Shown here piece by piece: positions 37,482-47,225 of a stretch of 64,000 nucleotides of DNA. Made by a program: the position numbers and the translations under genes. The number at the start of each line of letters is the position of its first letter. Positions within the stretch are counted from its first letter, which is position 1. The DNA comes from Bryobacteraceae bacterium (GTDB lineage: Bacteria > Acidobacteriota > Terriglobia > Bryobacterales > Bryobacteraceae). The stretch lies in the NCBI GenBank assembly GCA_026129905.1, contig JAHCHE010000013.1, positions 101,475 to 165,474 of the forward strand, read 5' to 3'. The notes under the pieces are model-generated. The model had not been told where the DNA came from. It worked only from the letters and a program-made list of their open reading frames with translations, and searched no databases.

Positions 37482-40169
37482 TCAGATGGGTCGAACCTGC
37501 ACCGGCTTCTTGTTGCCGGATAGGGATTCCACCCGGTAATACGCGATTCCGGGCGGAATCGTCGCGGAGACCTGGCACGACTGGTTAACGGCGCACGATA
37601 CCCAGCCTCCGAACGACGGAGACTGGATGCTGTCGCTCGTGCGGGAGTACGAAGCGCCGTAGGCGATGCGGAACTGACTCGTCTCCCGCGCCGTGAAGCC
37701 AACGCTTACGCTCTTGGAAGAACTCGCCGCCGAAGCCGTTGTGAAACTCCCTTCGTAGATAGGCCCGCAGTGCAGCCGGTACCAGTACGTCGTGCCGGCC
37801 GAGAGCCCGGTAATCACGATGTTCCGCCGGTTGCCGGGGCGCGGATATCCGTCGAAGATATCTGTCAGCCTGTTCGGATCTGACATCGATATGAGATTGT
37901 CGATGTCGCGCGTCGTCGAAACCTCCAACGAGCACGCAAGGTCGTACGCCACCAGCGGGGAATGCGCCCAGTACGAGAATAACGCCGAGTTGTTCGTCGC
38001 CGAGATCACCGGGCCTTCTCCGCCGGTCGGTTTTCGGATCAGCGGCAGCATCTGATAGTCCACGCCGATAGCCTCGCCTTCCGGTCCCCCCCGAAACGCG
38101 AAGTGATCGGTCCTCGGTTTCAATATCCCAAGTGACTTGTTCTGGAAGAGCTTTCCATGGGTCGGATCGTTGAAATCGAAATCGACATTGCAGGCGGCGG
38201 AAGTCGAGCACAGGTTGTAAACCGGACCCCCTTGCGTATAATTGCCCTTGTTCACGCCCGCGATGACGTTGAATCCCCATTCGTTGGACGTGCAGGATTG
38301 CCCATAACACAAGTGCGTGGTCAGAGTGTTATTGCCCTCGCTGGTAGTCGGATCGATGCCGGAGAGCCCGACCCCGCTCGATTTGGGCCAAATATTACCC
38401 CTTATCCGGCGGAGGCCCCGCCCGGTGACGTTGTTCGGGTTGCTCAGCAGCAGGCCGGTTGTAGGAGCGTTCTGCGAGTCCACGATCGTGTTATTCTCGA
38501 ACATCACTCCTGGAACGGCGTAAGCGAACCAGTTGAAGCCCCGGACCCCCAGGCCCCCGCAGCCTCCCCACACTTGGCAGTCGATCTCGCGAAAAAGATT
38601 GTTCTTAACGAGTAGATTCCCGATTCTCCATTGCATTCCGTTGTCGAACTGCACGACTTCCACTCCCATCGAGCTCTGCTCGACGATGTTATACATGAAT
38701 TTGTTGTCGCGGTCCGACGAAGCGAAACAATTCGACCACCCATACGAGTACGTCACGTTGCTTTGGACGCCAGCCGACGTGGTTAGTTGAAGCGTGTAGT
38801 CGTTGTCCCACACGAAGTCTCCTATCGTATAGCTCGTGCTTCCGATCGTGATCTTCCGCGGGTCCACGTTGTTCATGGTGAGCGGCAAGTGGTTATTGGG
38901 AATTGGATTTCCGTCCGCCGACGTCACCGTGACTCCATTGGTGTTGACCTTGCCTGTCATGAACGGAACGCACCGCTGATTCGACGACGTGTTCGGCGGA
39001 CTGTTGGATAGCTTGTAGACGATCGCCTGCACCTGGGCCTGGTTTGTGTATCCCCGGTATTGGTTCCAGGCATTGGTAACATTTCGCGAGTTTTTGGTTT
39101 CGTACAGGTTCTTCAAGATGATCTGAGACGATGCGCTGCTGGCTGCCACGCGGGTCCATGTGACCCCGTTATCATTGACGCTGCCGCTGGTCGGAAAGTC
39201 GGGCTGCGAACTTCCCGTCGTGCCGCTAGTCGTCGCCTTGAACCACCCGTTCGAATGTTTGACGTAGCGTCCTTTGAATACCGCGGTATTTGACTGCCAC
39301 ACCGGGTTGAGCGAATTCAGGCCAAGCATGCGCTCCGGGTGGTTGTAGAAGGCGTTCAAAATCATGGAGCCGGACGGCGACACGTCCCAGTTCGGCCCTA
39401 CGCCGCCGTGCATGATGGTCTCGCCGCCGGTGTCTCCAAGATAGTTGTTGAGTACGTCCACCGGCCCCGGTCCATTCATGATCAGGATGGCCTGCACCTC
39501 CACGCCCGGCCACCTGCCGCCAGCGATCCAGTTGTTGCGGACAAGCGCGCCTCGAGTGAACGCGCCGATGTACGCCGCCTGCTGGTTTACGTTCCAGTCC
39601 GGGTTCCGAAATATGCAGTGTTCCACGATGATGTCGTCGGGCTGGTCGCCGTCCGCGCTAGCGGTTCGCCCAAAAAGGGACGCGCCCACGCAGCCCAGCG
39701 TGAGGACTTGCGCGCCGGAGGTGCTCGAATCGAAGATCAGGCCGCGGATGCGAACGTGCTCCGCCGGCGGGCCGCACTGGACAAACAGCGCTCGCGTCCC
39801 GGCGTCGGCTCGCAGAACCGGCATTTTGCTCGCCCAGTGCTGCGTGATTCGTGTCATCTCGCGTGGCGGAAGCGAAGCGTCTTCCGTCGTCGTGAGCGTA
39901 AGATACCCGGACGTCCCGGGACGGCTTGGAATCTGCAAGGGCGTGGAGCCGACCGGGAATATCCGGCCGGCTTCCAGTTTGATCGTGTCGCCCCTGTATG
40001 CGTCGTTCAGCGCCGTCTGGATCTCCTGGACTTCGGCCCCGGTACATCTCGCGGCGGCGCACGTGATCGTGTACGTGCACGGGCGCGAGGAACAGTTCGA
40101 AGGCGATTTCTGCGTCGCCGCGTAAGCTCCAAAACTCGCGAGGAGGATCGGCAGGAAGATATGCTTCAT
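37482..40169 (-). CDS. Secreted right-handed parallel beta-helix (pectate-lyase-fold) protein, 895 aa
   Basis: Signal peptide MKHIFLPILLASFGAYAA. Many Asn/Gly/Thr-rich beta-helix rungs ('NNWIAGGRWPG', 'NNYLGDTGGETIMHGG', 'NNTIVDSQNAPTTG') and many Cys. Confidence 0.7.
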   Translation of the reverse strand: MKHIFLPILLASFGAYAATQKSPSNCSSRPCTYTITCAAARCTGAEVQEIQTALNDAYRGDTIKLEAGRIFPVGSTPLQIPSRPGTSGYLTLTTTEDASLPPREMTRITQHWASKMPVLRADAGTRALFVQCGPPAEHVRIRGLIFDSSTSGAQVLTLGCVGASLFGRTASADGDQPDDIIVEHCIFRNPDWNVNQQAAYIGAFTRGALVRNNWIAGGRWPGVEVQAILIMNGPGPVDVLNNYLGDTGGETIMHGGVGPNWDVSPSGSMILNAFYNHPERMLGLNSLNPVWQSNTAVFKGRYVKHSNGWFKATTSGTTGSSQPDFPTSGSVNDNGVTWTRVAASSASSQIILKNLYETKNSRNVTNAWNQYRGYTNQAQVQAIVYKLSNSPPNTSSNQRCVPFMTGKVNTNGVTVTSADGNPIPNNHLPLTMNNVDPRKITIGSTSYTIGDFVWDNDYTLQLTTSAGVQSNVTYSYGWSNCFASSDRDNKFMYNIVEQSSMGVEVVQFDNGMQWRIGNLLVKNNLFREIDCQVWGGCGGLGVRGFNWFAYAVPGVMFENNTIVDSQNAPTTGLLLSNPNNVTGRGLRRIRGNIWPKSSGVGLSGIDPTTSEGNNTLTTHLCYGQSCTSNEWGFNVIAGVNKGNYTQGGPVYNLCSTSAACNVDFDFNDPTHGKLFQNKSLGILKPRTDHFAFRGGPEGEAIGVDYQMLPLIRKPTGGEGPVISATNNSALFSYWAHSPLVAYDLACSLEVSTTRDIDNLISMSDPNRLTDIFDGYPRPGNRRNIVITGLSAGTTYWYRLHCGPIYEGSFTTASAASSSKSVSVGFTARETSQFRIAYGASYSRTSDSIQSPSFGGWVSCAVNQSCQVSATIPPGIAYYRVESLSGNKKPVQVRPI

Positions 40170-40179
40170 AACTGCTCCC

Positions 40180-41430
40180 TTACTGGAATTGAGGCTTCAC
40201 GTAGAAGCGCAGCATCAACTGGTACACACTCACCGTACCTGTGAAGTCGTCGATCGGCTTCGTAGGATCGCGGCTGATCCGGACGAACATCGTCCGTCGT
40301 TCGGCGCAGCCCGTCATGTTGAGGCTCGCAATACTGCTCGTCCGCTGCCTGTCGGCGGTCGGCAGTCCCGGCGTCAAACTCTGAGCCGAGTTGTACGCTG
40401 GATTCACGATATCTCCGTTATCCAGGACGCACGCGGTGTTGATATCGAACGCGACTGCGCTGCCTGTGCCCGCGCCTCGCGTCCACCGGAAAAGGAGTTC
40501 GACGCCGGTACCGTCCCACCCTTGGGGCACGGCAGTCTGCCACGTGGCCGACATCGACGCTATCCCGTCGGGGAACGTCAAGAAGCCGATTGTGTGCGGA
40601 TGCGTGCCGGCGGCGGCCTTGCTCGCTGCCTGCGTCGCAGGCAGGGATACTCCCATCAGGTCTTGCGTGCCGGCCGTTCGATCCACCGATACCGGAATCG
40701 CTTCCTTCTCAACCAACGTCCGGATCGTCGTCCATTTCAACCCCGTTGCTTCTTGTTCGTTGCTGACGAGGAATTGCTCGTTTGAGCCGACGGGCAGCGG
40801 GAAGTCGGTCGTCCCATCGTGCGTGTGAATGTCGCCCCGGTTGGACAGCGGCGTGCCTCCCGCTCCACAATCCCCCCATGTCCCATCCCCCTTGAGACAC
40901 TTGTACCCATCGCCCGGCTCCGGCCGCGGCACGGCGCCTTTCGACCCGCCGCCGCCGGAATCCCCAACCATCGTCGGCAACCAGTCGCGGTCCAGCGTCC
41001 CGACGCTCGTTGCCTTCGGTATCCCGTACGCCGTCGCTGTTGACGTCGCCACTTCATCTGCGCCTCCATGTTGATGCCTCGAGCGGTGGCTATCGCTGGC
41101 AAATCCCGTGTGACCCGAGGTCGCATAATCGAGGTTGCTGAGTTGCGAGTGATTCAGCGTCCCACCGCCGCTGTCCACCGGCTCCCACTCCGTTCCCGAT
41201 GCCTTGCACCGCAGCAGTCTTTGCCCTGCCGGCGCGTCCGTGTCGTTGAAAAACTCCTTCAGCGGCGTGCACGTCGCCGGAGGAGTAGGCCCGCTCTTGA
41301 TCGGCGACGTGGCGCCGGCATCGGAGTAATCCTGTATCGAACCTGTCTCGGCGACCGTGCCGTGGTCCTTCTTCTGACCCGAAAGTGAAATCGCTATCAG
41401 CACAGTCGTTATGTAAAGTCTCAATTTCAT
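40180..41430 (-). CDS. Secreted repeat protein with His-x-His motifs (paralog of 41483..43489)
   Basis: Signal peptide MKLRLYITTVLIAISLSG. Shared modules are 'NLDYATSGHTGFASDSHRSRHQHGGADEVAT...IPKA...LDRDWLP...GAVPRP..GDGYKCLKGDGTWGDCG'. Additional HTH/HPH triads are present. Confidence 0.7.
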   Translation of the reverse strand: MKLRLYITTVLIAISLSGQKKDHGTVAETGSIQDYSDAGATSPIKSGPTPPATCTPLKEFFNDTDAPAGQRLLRCKASGTEWEPVDSGGGTLNHSQLSNLDYATSGHTGFASDSHRSRHQHGGADEVATSTATAYGIPKATSVGTLDRDWLPTMVGDSGGGGSKGAVPRPEPGDGYKCLKGDGTWGDCGAGGTPLSNRGDIHTHDGTTDFPLPVGSNEQFLVSNEQEATGLKWTTIRTLVEKEAIPVSVDRTAGTQDLMGVSLPATQAASKAAAGTHPHTIGFLTFPDGIASMSATWQTAVPQGWDGTGVELLFRWTRGAGTGSAVAFDINTACVLDNGDIVNPAYNSAQSLTPGLPTADRQRTSSIASLNMTGCAERRTMFVRISRDPTKPIDDFTGTVSVYQLMLRFYVKPQFQ

Positions 41431-41482
41431 GACACCCTCTTTCTTACCCGCAACATGCAGCCGAATCGGACCGAGCCGGCGG

Positions 41483-43489
41483 CTAGAACATCAGGACCAC
41501 TTCGTACGCCCCGCCTTGCGAAACCGCCGAGTACACCACTCCCACGAGCCCGCTCGAAGGCTTAGTCGCGCCGGCGTCCCGGCAGTTCCCCGGCGTCGAA
41601 TTGCTGACCGCGACATAGCGCCCTGGCGTTGGCGGACTGTCGAACACGCACAGCGCCCGGCCGCGTATCGCGATGCGCGGCGATCCGGATGTCCCGCATG
41701 CCCCGGCGCATATCCCGAGCAGGTCGCCGCTGGAAGCGGGCGCTCGCACCGCTTTTACCGGGTCGCCGTTTGTCCACGACACCAGTTTGTTCAGCGTCGT
41801 CCCCGTCGCCGTGTCGTTTGCCACCGAGAAATCGAGATACTTGGTCCCCAGTCCCAGTTGATTGTTGCCGCTGAAGTTGTTGTCGTCGCCCTGGCATCCT
41901 ACGTACGAGCAGTCGACTTCCCATCGCATGTTCGGACTCGTCTTCGTGATCACGATCCCCGCTCCTGCCTGCGCGACGTACTCGTTCGTCAGCGTCGAAT
42001 TCGCGCTCGCGACCACGTACTCCGCATCGATCGGCCCGCCGCCACCGCCGCCGCTGCCTCCGTCGTTTCCGTCGCCCTGCAAAATCCACGTCCCCCCTTC
42101 ACAGGCGTACAGCCGCCGCCCCGAGAGAGCATTCGTGTTCAGGAACACTTCGCCCGTCACGCACGAGCCCGGCAGTCCCGCTCCACTCGGTATGCCGAGT
42201 TTGCCGCCGCCCAGATCGATCTTCCCGGTGTGGGCAATCGTGCTCCCGCTGACAGACGTCCCCGTTACTCCGCCCAGCACCCCGGAACTGTTGTACTGAA
42301 GTTGCCCGCTCGCGCCGCCCGGCGCCCCGCCGGTGCCGGTTCCGCAGGCGCCCCACGTCGCATCGCCCTTCAGACACTTGGATGCGTCGCCCGCCGCCGG
42401 CACCGGTACCGCGCCCGTTTGCCCTCCGCTGCCCTGGTCACCCGTCATCGCAGGCAGTTGAGCGCGGCTGATCTTCACAGCGGCGTCCAGCCCGGCGTAC
42501 CCCGAAGCCTGGTTTTTGCGCGATAGCGCCTCGTAGACGCCGCTGAGGTCCGGCATCCAACCGGCGGCGAGTTTACCGCTGGCATCCGCTTTGGGTATCG
42601 CGTTAGCCCCGGGCGTTCCTGTCGCCACCTCGTCTCCGCCTCCGTGTCGATGCCTCGATCCGTGATTCTCCGCCGCGAAACCCACATGGCCGGAATTGGC
42701 GTAATCCAGATTGGTCAGTTGCGAATGGTCCATCGTTCCGCCGCCCGCGCCTCCGCTCCCCTGAAGCCGCGAGATCATGATCCGCCCCGCAGTGGCCTTC
42801 GACCAGGTAACCGTAACGTCCCCGGTCGATTTCCCTATCTCAACCGAAGCCGGCGAGATCCGGTTCCACTTCGCCCCGCCATCCGATTGCGCAAATACCT
42901 CTACGTTCGCTCCCAATCCATGCGTGGTCCCCGCGATCGTCCAGGGGTTCGACGCCCCCAGGAATTGTTGGATGTAGGGCGCCGGAGAAGCTCCGCCGCA
43001 GTCGCCCCACGCGCCGTTCCCTTTGAGACACCTTTCGGCGTCGCCCGCTCCGGGGGCCGGCACCGCTCCGCTCTGTCCTCCCGCGCCGTCGTCGCCGGTC
43101 ATCTCCGGAAGCCAGTTCCGGTCCAGTTTGCCGTCGCTCTTTGCCTTCGGAATCACGTTGGCGCCCGCCGTGGCGCTCGCCACCTCGTCGACGCCGCCGT
43201 GCTTATGCGCCGCTGCGTGCAACTCCGCGCTGTTAACCCGTGTCCACGAGTTCACCGCCGTGCAAAGGTAGAGGTTTTGTCCTGCGCTGGCGTCGCTCTT
43301 GAAGAATGCTTGCCCGATCGAGCAAGTCCCCGGAAGCGTCGTTCCGACGGTAAACGGTTTCGTCGCCGCCGCGCTGCCAAAATCAACGTTCCGGCCCTGG
43401 GCCTTGAGGTCCACCCGTGTTTCGCTGAAACTGGGCGCCGCCATGGCCAGAACCAGCAGCGCGCCGCGCATAGGTCCGTGAACAATCAT
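41483..43489 (-). CDS. Secreted repeat protein with duplicated HxHGG-DEVA / CLKGxGxWGxCG modules
   Basis: Signal peptide. Two copies of '...H.HGG.DEVA..T.GAN.IPKA...GKL...W.P...GD.G.GGQ.GAVP.P.AGDA..CLKG...WG.CG'. Two copies of 'G(T/S)C..G..F....A.(A/S)G..LY.C'. Confidence 0.7.
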   Translation of the reverse strand: MIVHGPMRGALLVLAMAAPSFSETRVDLKAQGRNVDFGSAAATKPFTVGTTLPGTCSIGQAFFKSDASAGQNLYLCTAVNSWTRVNSAELHAAAHKHGGVDEVASATAGANVIPKAKSDGKLDRNWLPEMTGDDGAGGQSGAVPAPGAGDAERCLKGNGAWGDCGGASPAPYIQQFLGASNPWTIAGTTHGLGANVEVFAQSDGGAKWNRISPASVEIGKSTGDVTVTWSKATAGRIMISRLQGSGGAGGGTMDHSQLTNLDYANSGHVGFAAENHGSRHRHGGGDEVATGTPGANAIPKADASGKLAAGWMPDLSGVYEALSRKNQASGYAGLDAAVKISRAQLPAMTGDQGSGGQTGAVPVPAAGDASKCLKGDATWGACGTGTGGAPGGASGQLQYNSSGVLGGVTGTSVSGSTIAHTGKIDLGGGKLGIPSGAGLPGSCVTGEVFLNTNALSGRRLYACEGGTWILQGDGNDGGSGGGGGGPIDAEYVVASANSTLTNEYVAQAGAGIVITKTSPNMRWEVDCSYVGCQGDDNNFSGNNQLGLGTKYLDFSVANDTATGTTLNKLVSWTNGDPVKAVRAPASSGDLLGICAGACGTSGSPRIAIRGRALCVFDSPPTPGRYVAVSNSTPGNCRDAGATKPSSGLVGVVYSAVSQGGAYEVVLMF

Positions 43490-43829
43490 GTCGTTTTTCT
43501 TCCTTAAGCAAACAAATCGGGACGAAATATGGCCCCATTTATCTCCATTTTAACATGGCCGCGCGAAATGTTCGGCTGTATCTGGTTGATTCTAAAGGAA
43601 TATATTGGTGGAACCGATAGGCCGACCGCCGTCCCCTTCCGCCCAGCGACGGCTGGCTTCGCCTTTGCGGCGGTTTGACGCGGCGGGCGAACTTATCTTA
43701 CGCTCAAAAGAGAATGTGAGTTGCGCCCCAGTCCCGGTGCTTCCCCTTGTTTTGCGCGGGAGGCGACCCCGGCGCAGGTTTCCCGTCGCGCGGGGCGGCG
43801 ACGCTCGGACATGAAGGGGAGGAGGACTC

Positions 43830-45284
43830 TTGCCCGGCCCTGCTGCGACAACCCCAATCTGGCAGCGGTTCACCCGGCCGGCTGGCCGTGGGGAGGCGCC
43901 CGTCCCTGCGGCGGTTCCGCCGGCGCCTGCGTCTGCTCCGGTCGAGGCCGTACCCTTCAGCCTCTTTCACAAAGCCGGCTTCTTCTCTCTGCTCATCTTC
44001 GTACCCATCGTCTTCAGCCGAATCAACGAGTTCCTCCGCATCCCCAATCTCGTTTTCTCCACCGTCTCCGTCTGCCTCGCCACCAGCATTCTCACCGGCG
44101 CCGCCTATCGCGCCGCCACTTCGCGGCCCGGCAAGCTCCTGCTGTTGTTCACCGTTTGCATCGTCGCTTCCGTTCCGTTCAGCGTTTGGCGAGGCGGCAG
44201 CTATGAGGTCTTAGCCAAAGACTGGGTAATATCCCTCCTGGTCTTCTTCGCCATAGCGGGATCGGTCCACACCTTCGAGCAATGCCGCAAAGCGATGTAT
44301 GCGATGGCGCTCGGCGGGATGCTCATCCTGCTCCTTAGCGTCCGCTTCGGCTCCAGCGCGGCCGGACGCTTCGCCTTCATGTGGGGCACTCTCGGCAATC
44401 CCAACGATTTCGCCACCTATCTCATCATGGGCCTGCCGTTCTGCCTTTTCGTCTTTCTCAACGATACCCGCCTGCCGTTGCGCGCGGTCGCCGCTCTGTC
44501 CGGCCTCGGCATTCTCGTCTACGGCCTTAGGTCCGGTTCGCGCGGCGGCATGGTCGCTCTTGTCGGACTTGTCTTTGTTCTCTTTCTGAAACTCTCCCTG
44601 GCGGACAAATTCAAGCTCCTCGCCGCCGGCGCCCTCGTGTTCCCCGTCGTCCTCGCCCTCGTCCCGCGCGACACCCTCCAGCGGCTCGTCACGTTTGGAA
44701 TCTCCAGCGAGGAGGATCGTGAAGACAACCGTCAGGTCGGTCTTGCCACCTCCTCCTACAATGCCCGCCGCCGCCTCATGCAGGACGCCATCAAGGTCAC
44801 CCTCCAGAATCCCGTGGTCGGCGTCGGCGCCGGCCAGTTTCAGGTCGCCGCCACCCGGTTGGCGGAAGATCGCGGCATCGTCGCCATGTGGCGCGAAACC
44901 CATAACGGTTATCTGCAGGTTTCCAGCGAGTGCGGCATTCCTGCCCTGCTGATCTACCTCGGCTTATTCGCCTATTGCTTTCGTACCCTTACCGAGCTTC
45001 GCAAAGCCGCCGCTCCGCATCCGGCCCTCGCCACCATATCCAAGATGGCAATGTGCCTGTTCATGGCTACGGCGATTTTCGCCGTCGTCAGTCTCTTCGG
45101 CAGCTACGGCTATACCATGCTCCTGCCCGTTCTGTGCGCGTTCACGTATGTCCTTCAAACTACTGCGGAGCCCGTCATTCGCGCTGCGTTGGCGTCGTCT
45201 CCCCCCGCACCGAATGTCCCTTCAGGTCCACTGCCGCCGCGAGCCCGTCCATTGATGCCTCGATTGCCCCTAATGAGGTTCTGA
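43830..45284 (+). CDS. O-antigen ligase / Wzy-like polymerase family membrane protein (TTG start with GGAGG SD)
   Basis: Polytopic; O-antigen-ligase-like region 'AALSGLGILVYGLRSGSRGGMVALVGLVFVLFL...NPVVGVGAGQFQV...HNGYLQV'. Confidence 0.7.
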   Translation: MPGPAATTPIWQRFTRPAGRGEAPVPAAVPPAPASAPVEAVPFSLFHKAGFFSLLIFVPIVFSRINEFLRIPNLVFSTVSVCLATSILTGAAYRAATSRPGKLLLLFTVCIVASVPFSVWRGGSYEVLAKDWVISLLVFFAIAGSVHTFEQCRKAMYAMALGGMLILLLSVRFGSSAAGRFAFMWGTLGNPNDFATYLIMGLPFCLFVFLNDTRLPLRAVAALSGLGILVYGLRSGSRGGMVALVGLVFVLFLKLSLADKFKLLAAGALVFPVVLALVPRDTLQRLVTFGISSEEDREDNRQVGLATSSYNARRRLMQDAIKVTLQNPVVGVGAGQFQVAATRLAEDRGIVAMWRETHNGYLQVSSECGIPALLIYLGLFAYCFRTLTELRKAAAPHPALATISKMAMCLFMATAIFAVVSLFGSYGYTMLLPVLCAFTYVLQTTAEPVIRAALASSPPAPNVPSGPLPPRARPLMPRLPLMRF

Positions 45285-45285
45285 T

Positions 45286-47223
45286 ATGTGTGGAATTGCT
45301 GGCTTCGTCAAGGGTGAAGGCGACTCCGGCGCCGCCCGCGTCATTGCTCGCATGACGGATGTGATCCGCCACCGCGGGCCGGACGATAGCGGAACCTATG
45401 AGGACGCGTGGGTTGCGCTAGGCCATCGCCGCCTGAGTATCATCGACCTTGCCGCCGGCCACCAGCCGATGGAAAACGAGGATGGTTCCGCCTGGATCGT
45501 TTTCAACGGCGAGATCTTCAACCATGCCGACCTTCGCGCTGAACTGGAGCGCCTCGGCCATCGCTTTCGCACCCGCTGCGATACCGAAACCATCCTGCAT
45601 GCCTACGAAGAGTACGGCCCCGCATGCCTCGATCGCTTGCGCGGCATGTTCGCCTTCGCCGTCTGGGACCGCGACGCCCGCACGCTGTTCTGCGCCCGCG
45701 ACCGGCTCGGAAAGAAGCCCCTCTATTACGTCTGGGACGGACGCCGCTTCGCGTTCGCCTCGGAGATCAAGGCCCTCCTGCAGCACCCCGACCTCGCCGC
45801 TTCACTTGACGCCTCCGTCCTCCCCGAGTACCTGAGCCTCGGCTACTCTTGCGACGATCGGACTCTGTTTCGCGGCATCCGTAAGTTGATGCCGGGACAT
45901 TACCTCATCCTCCGCTGCTCCGCGGAAGGCCCTTCCCTCGAAACCAGCGCTTACTGGGACCTCCCGTTTCCGGATCCGCCCGAGCTCCGCTCGGACGAGT
46001 CCTGGATCGAAGAGTGCCGCCTGCGCCTCGAAGACGCCGTCAGCACCCGCCTGATGAGCGATGTTCCCCTCGGCGTTTTCCTGAGCGGCGGCGTGGATTC
46101 CAGCGCTATCACCGCCGTCATGAAGCGCATCGTTGCGGGTCCTGTCAAGTCCTTCTCCGTGGGCTACGCCGAAACGGCTTACAGCGAGTTGTCCTACGCC
46201 CGCCGCGTGGCGCAACATCTCGGCGTCGACTATCACGAAGTCCTCATCTCCCGGGACGATTTCTTCCGCGCCCTCCCCAGCCTCATCTGGCACGAGGATG
46301 AGCCGATCGTCTGGCCCTCCAGCGTCTCTCTCTACTACGTGTCCAGGCTCGCCGCCGAACAAGTGAAGGTCGTCCTTACCGGCGAAGGCGGAGACGAGTT
46401 GTTCGCAGGCTATGCTCGTTACCGTCGCCACGCCTTGAATGAACGGTTGCGGCCCGCCTTTCGCCTCCTTCCGTCCGCGCTCAGGAACCGGATCCGAAAC
46501 TGGATCGTTGCCTCGAACCTCCTTTCGGCCGGCCTCCGCCGAAAACTCGGCCACACCCTGCTCGGTCGCGAAGATAACCTCGAATCCCTCTACCTCGACA
46601 ACTTCTACTCGGCTTTCCCCCGCAACGGCCGCGAGCGTCTCCTCCAAAACGGCGCCGCCCCCCCTTACAACAACTTCCTCGCCTACTGGAGCCGCGAACC
46701 CCGGCGCTCCCTTCTCGAGCGAATGTTGTACGCCGACCAGAAAACCTATCTGGTCGAACTCCTGATGAAGCAGGACCAGATGAGCATGGCGACCTCCATT
46801 GAGTCCCGCGTCCCGCTCCTTGATCATCTGTTCGTTGAGTTCGCCGCTCGGGTCCCCCAGAGCCTCAAACTCCGTAACGGCGGCGGCAAGCGCATTCTCA
46901 AGAAGGCCGTCGAAGATCTCCTTCCTCAAGACATCCTCTACCGAAAGAAGATGGGATTCCCCACCCCCTTGCGCGCGTGGCTCCAGCATCCCGACGCGGG
47001 CTGGGTCGCGTCCACCCTCCTCCGTCCCGACAGCCTCCTCGGCGATTATCTCGACTTGAACGCCGTACGTTCGCTCCTCGAACGCCACCAGAGCGGCGCC
47101 GAGGACGCCACCGACTCCATCTGGCGCCTCCTCAACCTGCAGCTTTGGGGCGACGTCTTCCTCAGCGACGGCGTGGCGCCGCAGTTCGAACAGCGTTTCG
47201 CCCCTCTGCCGGTTTTCTTGTAG
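45286..47223 (+). CDS. asnB: Asparagine synthase (glutamine-hydrolysing), exosortase-locus-associated amidotransferase
   Basis: Starts 'MCGIAGF' (Cys2 nucleophile); 'LSGGVDSSAI' PP-loop; 645 aa. Confidence 0.9.
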   Translation: MCGIAGFVKGEGDSGAARVIARMTDVIRHRGPDDSGTYEDAWVALGHRRLSIIDLAAGHQPMENEDGSAWIVFNGEIFNHADLRAELERLGHRFRTRCDTETILHAYEEYGPACLDRLRGMFAFAVWDRDARTLFCARDRLGKKPLYYVWDGRRFAFASEIKALLQHPDLAASLDASVLPEYLSLGYSCDDRTLFRGIRKLMPGHYLILRCSAEGPSLETSAYWDLPFPDPPELRSDESWIEECRLRLEDAVSTRLMSDVPLGVFLSGGVDSSAITAVMKRIVAGPVKSFSVGYAETAYSELSYARRVAQHLGVDYHEVLISRDDFFRALPSLIWHEDEPIVWPSSVSLYYVSRLAAEQVKVVLTGEGGDELFAGYARYRRHALNERLRPAFRLLPSALRNRIRNWIVASNLLSAGLRRKLGHTLLGREDNLESLYLDNFYSAFPRNGRERLLQNGAAPPYNNFLAYWSREPRRSLLERMLYADQKTYLVELLMKQDQMSMATSIESRVPLLDHLFVEFAARVPQSLKLRNGGGKRILKKAVEDLLPQDILYRKKMGFPTPLRAWLQHPDAGWVASTLLRPDSLLGDYLDLNAVRSLLERHQSGAEDATDSIWRLLNLQLWGDVFLSDGVAPQFEQRFAPLPVFL

Positions 47224-47225
47224 GG

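Noticed and set aside
45802-47088. 428-aa minus-strand ORF
   Set aside because: Antisense to asnB; no recognisable motifs.
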